Positions 59,817-64,000 of a stretch of 64,000 nucleotides of DNA are shown one piece after another. The notes under the pieces were generated by a model that worked only from the letters and a program-made list of their open reading frames with translations, was not told the DNA's origin and ran no database searches. The DNA is taken from positions 224,001 to 288,000 of the forward strand of contig OZ252100.1 in the NCBI GenBank assembly GCA_965248435.1. The letters are read 5' to 3'. The DNA is from Candidatus Latescibacterota bacterium. GTDB taxonomy: Bacteria > Latescibacterota > UBA2968 > GCA-2709665. Numbering within the stretch: position 1 is the first letter of the stretch; each line of letters begins with the position of its first letter. A program made the position numbers and the translations under genes.

Positions 59817-61433
59817 ATGGCTAGCCAAACGCTAACCGCTTGTGAGAACGCAGTAGATTTGTCGCAGCTTGGGCGAACCTTGGGCGAAGTCTTTTCTAAA
59901 CAGAGCACTTTCTGCGATGGCAAAGAAGAGCTACAGAACTTTGTAGATCACTTTCCAGATGGCGTGGCCCTTTTGAACGAGGATATGCGCCTGATCATGG
60001 CCAACCGCGCCGCCCAAGACTATCTTCCGAGGTTATGTGACGCAAAGGAAGGGCAGGTGATCTCACAGGTCGGTCCACATCCCATTCGTGATTTGCCTAA
60101 ACGTAGCGAGGAAGGTTCACCCGTCAGGATACAACTGAATGGTCAAGAAACAAGGACCTTTGAGGTAGAACTGAGGGAAATGGCCAAACCCAGTGGCGCC
60201 TGGATCTTGCTGATCAGAGAGGTGACACTCGAGGAAGAACTTAGGGTTCGGGCACAGCTTCAAGCGAAACTTGCGGCGGTAGGTCAGCTTTCAGCGGGAA
60301 TTGCCCACGATTTCAACAATATGTTGACTGTCATCATGGGGTTTGCGGAGCTGCTTGGCATGCGAGCGGATGTTCCTGAAACCGCGAAGCAAAGATTGAA
60401 GATGATCGTTTCCCAGGGTCATCGTGGCGAGCAGCTCATTCGCCAGATTCTGGACTTCAGTCGACAGACCTCTGTGCAAAGACGGCCGGTCGATCTTGTG
60501 CCGTTTCTCGGGGAAGCGGTGAAGCTGCTTGAGCGTACGCTACCCGAGACGATAGAGGTTGTGAGTGAAGTGCGGGGCGGAGAGTCCATCGTCAACGCAA
60601 ATCTGACCCAACTCCAGCAGGTTATTACCAACGTTGCATTTAATGCCCGGGATGCGATGCCAGGCGGCGGCGGGCTCAGGTTCGAACTCGCTCATTTGAA
60701 TTTGGAGCCAGGCAATACACTGAAGATACGCACATACAGCACTCCCATCGTGCCTGAGGTGGGGCCTGGAGATTGGGTCGTGCTTACCGTAAGCGATACA
60801 GGCGAGGGAATGTCATCAGACGTGATGTCACGCATTTTTGAGCCCTTCTATACGACAAAAAAAACAGGGGAGGGCACGGGTCTTGGACTGTCGCAGGTCT
60901 ATGGCATCGTGAAGCAGCACGGGGGCTACATCGACGTAGACAGCGTTATGGGAAAAGGCACAACGCTAAGGATTTATCTGCCGCGGATCACAGAGAAAGC
61001 GGCCTCCCCAAGTGAGGATATCGATGAGGACCTTTCTGAAGGCCAGGGCGAAACGATCCTGCTGGTAGAGGATCAAGACATCGTGGCAGAAGTAATTAAG
61101 GCCATGCTTGAGGACCTGAATTATCGAGTGTTGACTGCGCCAGACGGATCCAAGGCATTGCTCACACTGGATGACCACGAAGACGAAATAGGCCTGGTAC
61201 TGAGTGACGTGGTGATGCCGAACATGGGGGGCCTGGAACTGGCAGAAGCGCTTGTAGAACGGGCCCCCAATATGCCCATCGTCATGATGACCGGGTATAA
61301 GGTTGGCGAAGAAGAAGGTGTCTCGTTCCCGGCCGAAATTGAGGCATACATGGAGAAACCTGTTGGGCTGCTGAAGCTTTCACGGGTTATCAGCAGGGCA
61401 CTGAAAAGTCGGAAGGCGCAGAGGCCCGCTTGA
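59817..61433 (+). CDS. Hybrid PAS histidine kinase/receiver
   Basis: AHDFNNML, NARDAM, DTGEG, FYTTK..GTGLGLS, LLVED, SDVVMP. Confidence 0.93.
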   Translation: MASQTLTACENAVDLSQLGRTLGEVFSKQSTFCDGKEELQNFVDHFPDGVALLNEDMRLIMANRAAQDYLPRLCDAKEGQVISQVGPHPIRDLPKRSEEGSPVRIQLNGQETRTFEVELREMAKPSGAWILLIREVTLEEELRVRAQLQAKLAAVGQLSAGIAHDFNNMLTVIMGFAELLGMRADVPETAKQRLKMIVSQGHRGEQLIRQILDFSRQTSVQRRPVDLVPFLGEAVKLLERTLPETIEVVSEVRGGESIVNANLTQLQQVITNVAFNARDAMPGGGGLRFELAHLNLEPGNTLKIRTYSTPIVPEVGPGDWVVLTVSDTGEGMSSDVMSRIFEPFYTTKKTGEGTGLGLSQVYGIVKQHGGYIDVDSVMGKGTTLRIYLPRITEKAASPSEDIDEDLSEGQGETILLVEDQDIVAEVIKAMLEDLNYRVLTAPDGSKALLTLDDHEDEIGLVLSDVVMPNMGGLELAEALVERAPNMPIVMMTGYKVGEEEGVSFPAEIEAYMEKPVGLLKLSRVISRALKSRKAQRPA

Positions 61434-61640
61434 GGGATATCCAAAACCTCTGATTTCCACCAGTTCGAGCGACCCCCTCCGGCCCTCAAAGGTCACTCGA
61501 TCCTGTTGCAAAAGGTACGGGTTCGAGGTATCATGGACGGTGCAAAGCGGAAATGGATGGACAGTTTATTGACACTCAAGGCAAAACAACAAACGGCTCC
61601 CAGAAGGGAGCCGCAATCAATTCTCTTACAATCCGTTAAG

Positions 61641-61716
61641 TGGTACCCCTGGCGGGAGTCGAACCCACGACCAACGGATTAGGAATCCGCTGCTCTATCC
61701 TCTGAGCTACAGGGGC
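61641..61716 (-). tRNA. tRNA-Arg(CCT)
   Basis: GCCCCTGTAGCTCAGAGGATAGAGCAGCGGATT-CCT-AATCCGTTGGTCGTGGGTTCGACTCCCGCCAGGGGTACCA. Confidence 0.96.
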
Positions 61717-61746
61717 ACGTTTTCCAAAAACTGCAATATAACTCGA

Positions 61747-62127
61747 TTGGTGGACGTGTCAAGCGTGGCCAAGAAAATCTTAGTCGTGGACGATGAAGAG
61801 GAGATGCGGCAGTTTATGACAGACGTACTAACGGGGGCGGGATACGACGTCATTCCACCTGTAGACAGCTACGCAGCTTTGGAGCTCGCCCAAACAGAAG
61901 CCTACGACCTCATCATTCTCGACGATGAGATGCCACTTCTTGACGGACGATCGTTGGTCAAGATTCTCAGGGAATCCGGCGTCCAAACGCCGGTCATTTT
62001 TCTCTCCGGCGCATCAGAATCGGAGGGACTCGAGCCATCTCGGCAGCTGGCTGTCAATGAAGTTATACGCAAACCTTTTCGGGTCGGTCAACTGTTGGAT
62101 TCCACGAATAGTATTCTAACCTCATGA
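61747..62127 (+). CDS. Stand-alone response regulator receiver (start may be GTG 61765)
   Basis: ILVVDDE, ILDDEMP, LSG, IRKPF. Confidence 0.88.
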   Translation: MVDVSSVAKKILVVDDEEEMRQFMTDVLTGAGYDVIPPVDSYAALELAQTEAYDLIILDDEMPLLDGRSLVKILRESGVQTPVIFLSGASESEGLEPSRQLAVNEVIRKPFRVGQLLDSTNSILTS

Positions 62128-62637
62128 ATACTGAATCAGAGCGAAGACGCCACGATCGCCCAGCTTTTTTCTCCCCTCCAGGAAAGCCAATTCGATCAAG
62201 AACGCGATTTCAACGATCTCTCCCTTCAGCTCCTCTACGAGTCTGCACGACGCCTCCATCGTCCCCCCAGTCGCCAGCAGGTCGTCAACCATAAGTACTT
62301 TCTGTCCAGGGTGAATGGCGTCCCTGTGAATCTCCACGCTATCTGTCCCGTACTCCAGTTCGTAGGATGCCGAGATCGTTTCGGCGGGTAATTTCCCCGG
62401 CTTTCGGATAGGAACGAACCCGGCCTCGAGTTCCAGCGCCAGTGTCGCCCCGAAAATGAATCCCCGGGCTTCCACGCCCGTAACGACTTCGATCCCCTCG
62501 TGCCGATACCGGTCTCCCAGCTGTCTAATCGACTGTTTGAAGGCTTCACCATTCGACAGAAGCGTCGTGATGTCCTTGAAGAGGATTCCCTGTTTTGGGA
62601 AGTCCGGGATATCGCGGATCAAACTGGATAGGTCCAA
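62122..62637 (-). CDS. apt: Adenine phosphoribosyltransferase
   Basis: IPDFPKQGILFKDIT, EARGF, LEYG, VDDLLATGGT. Confidence 0.97.
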   Translation of the reverse strand: MDLSSLIRDIPDFPKQGILFKDITTLLSNGEAFKQSIRQLGDRYRHEGIEVVTGVEARGFIFGATLALELEAGFVPIRKPGKLPAETISASYELEYGTDSVEIHRDAIHPGQKVLMVDDLLATGGTMEASCRLVEELKGEIVEIAFLIELAFLEGRKKLGDRGVFALIQYS

Positions 62638-62649
62638 GAAAGTTTCCTC

Positions 62650-62925
62650 TCAGAAGCGAATGTCGAAATCGGATTCTCCGGCTTTGGTTTGATGCGGATC
62701 TGTGTTTACGGAGAGGACGCGCGCGCCGGGCGGTCCTAGTTTGATCGCCTCTACAAACTCGGACACCGCATCTTCCACCCCCTCGACCTCCAGCTCCACA
62801 TCCCCATCGGGCCTGTTTCTCACATATCCTACCAGGCCGAGCTGCCTTGCCTTGCTCTGTGTAAAGAATCGGAACCCGACACCCTGGACACGCCCGCATA
62901 CCCTTGCGTGGATTCGGATCGACAT
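62650..62925 (-). CDS. acyP: Acylphosphatase
   Basis: GRVQGVGFR, GYVRNRPDGDVE, GPPGARV. Confidence 0.93.
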   Translation of the reverse strand: MSIRIHARVCGRVQGVGFRFFTQSKARQLGLVGYVRNRPDGDVELEVEGVEDAVSEFVEAIKLGPPGARVLSVNTDPHQTKAGESDFDIRF

Positions 62926-64000
62926 TACGAGGCCATACTGCCGCCCGCCTTCACGTCTTCCCACAGGATCTCGACAGGATGCCGCGCGAACCGCTCCGTG
63001 GCGTGCGCGATCTGCTGTCGGCAGGAAAAGCCCGGAGCCGCGATCTCAACCTCCGGTCCGGCCTCCCGGACAGCCTTCAGGAGCCGATCTTCACCTACCT
63101 TCAGTGAGACCTCGTACTTTTCGGCCTCGTAGCCGAACGCACCGGCCATACCACAGCATCCCGAGTCGATCGCACTTGCTGTATAACCCTGAGGGATGGC
63201 GAGCGCCGCCAGCGTAGATTCAATCCCCCATAGGGCCTTCTGGTGGCAATGGCCGTGCACGAGGATCTCCTTCCTGGTCTCGGAAAATGGCAGCTGAAGT
63301 TTCCCGCCTTCGTTTAGCAGATTCAAATACTCCTCAGCGGTGTAAGTGTTTTCAGAAATCGCTCGGGCTCTGGGATCCTGTGTCAGATCCAGGTAATCGT
63401 CCTTCAGCATCGAGACACAGCTGGGTTCGATGCCAACGATCGGATAGCCCATCCGAGTCAGATCATAGAGGCTCGCGACATTGAAATCCACGTGTGTCTT
63501 CACCTCTTCAACCATTCCGCTGGAGAGCATCGGCCTTCCACAGCAAACTTTCGAAGGAAGCAGGACCTCGTGTCCCGCCGTTTCAAACAACCTCGTGGCC
63601 GCAACGCCGATCTCGGGATGGTTGTAGGTCATATACGTGTCGTGGAACAGGACGACTTTGCGCTCACTTTTCAAGCCTTTGTGCCTTGCGAACCAATCCG
63701 TGAAGGGTTCTCTGGCAAACGGAGGCAGAGACCGCTTCGGGGCAATCCCAAGCTCCTTGAGCACCAGGCGACTCACGCTGCTGGAAGACAGTCTGTTCGC
63801 AAGCGGCGCGAACGAACAGCCAATCTTGTTGACCAGTTCGATATTCCCGAAAAGCCACGACCGCAAGGGCCTCCCGTGCGCCTTGTAATAATGAGAAAGG
63901 AACTCGTACTTGATCTTGGCCATGTCCACGTTCGACGGGCATTCTGCCTTACAGGCCTTGCACTCGAGACAGAGGCCCAGAACCTCGTAGAGCCTTTTGT
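62925..64000 (-). CDS. FAD/Fe-S oxidoreductase (YdiJ/GlcF-like), C-terminal part
   Basis: CLECKACKAECP, CCGRP, EPSC, HGHCHQ, CCGMAG, GFSCRQQI. Confidence 0.88.
   Translation of the reverse strand, partial: KRLYEVLGLCLECKACKAECPSNVDMAKIKYEFLSHYYKAHGRPLRSWLFGNIELVNKIGCSFAPLANRLSSSSVSRLVLKELGIAPKRSLPPFAREPFTDWFARHKGLKSERKVVLFHDTYMTYNHPEIGVAATRLFETAGHEVLLPSKVCCGRPMLSSGMVEEVKTHVDFNVASLYDLTRMGYPIVGIEPSCVSMLKDDYLDLTQDPRARAISENTYTAEEYLNLLNEGGKLQLPFSETRKEILVHGHCHQKALWGIESTLAALAIPQGYTASAIDSGCCGMAGAFGYEAEKYEVSLKVGEDRLLKAVREAGPEVEIAAPGFSCRQQIAHATERFARHPVEILWEDVKAGGSMAS

Noticed and set aside
54900-61716. Genomic island integrated at tRNA-Arg
   Set aside because: No integrase, and I found no duplicate of the tRNA 3' end in the window.

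Overview
GC-rich bacterial chromosome segment. The 'PNPFN' FlgD/T9SS-like C-terminal domains, cohesin/dockerin modules and enolase/SDR paralog expansions suggest an FCB-group organism such as Ca. Latescibacterota, but this is inference only. Recognisable housekeeping genes: gcvT (partial), IHF/HU, rpoN-lptB-lptA-lptC-pyrG-gatC-pcrA/uvrD-mltG-ruvX, apt, acyP and tRNA-Arg(CCT). Also present: two flagellins with sigma28-type promoters, catabolic paralog pairs, large secreted lamin-tail/cohesin/dockerin/ASH proteins, two propeller-SpoIIE sensor phosphatases and several sigma54/PilZ/receiver signalling genes. The most notable unannotated signals are: (1) a candidate ~70-nt sigma28-driven sRNA (9530-9603) complementary to the 5' leaders of both flagellins; (2) a ~600-nt highly structured + strand RNA (2680-3293) ending in a 29-34 aa hydrophobic ORF, with a divergent tiny RNA; (3) REP-like hairpins inserted in frame into beta-propeller loops. 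About six frameshifts suggest assembly indels or pseudogenisation.
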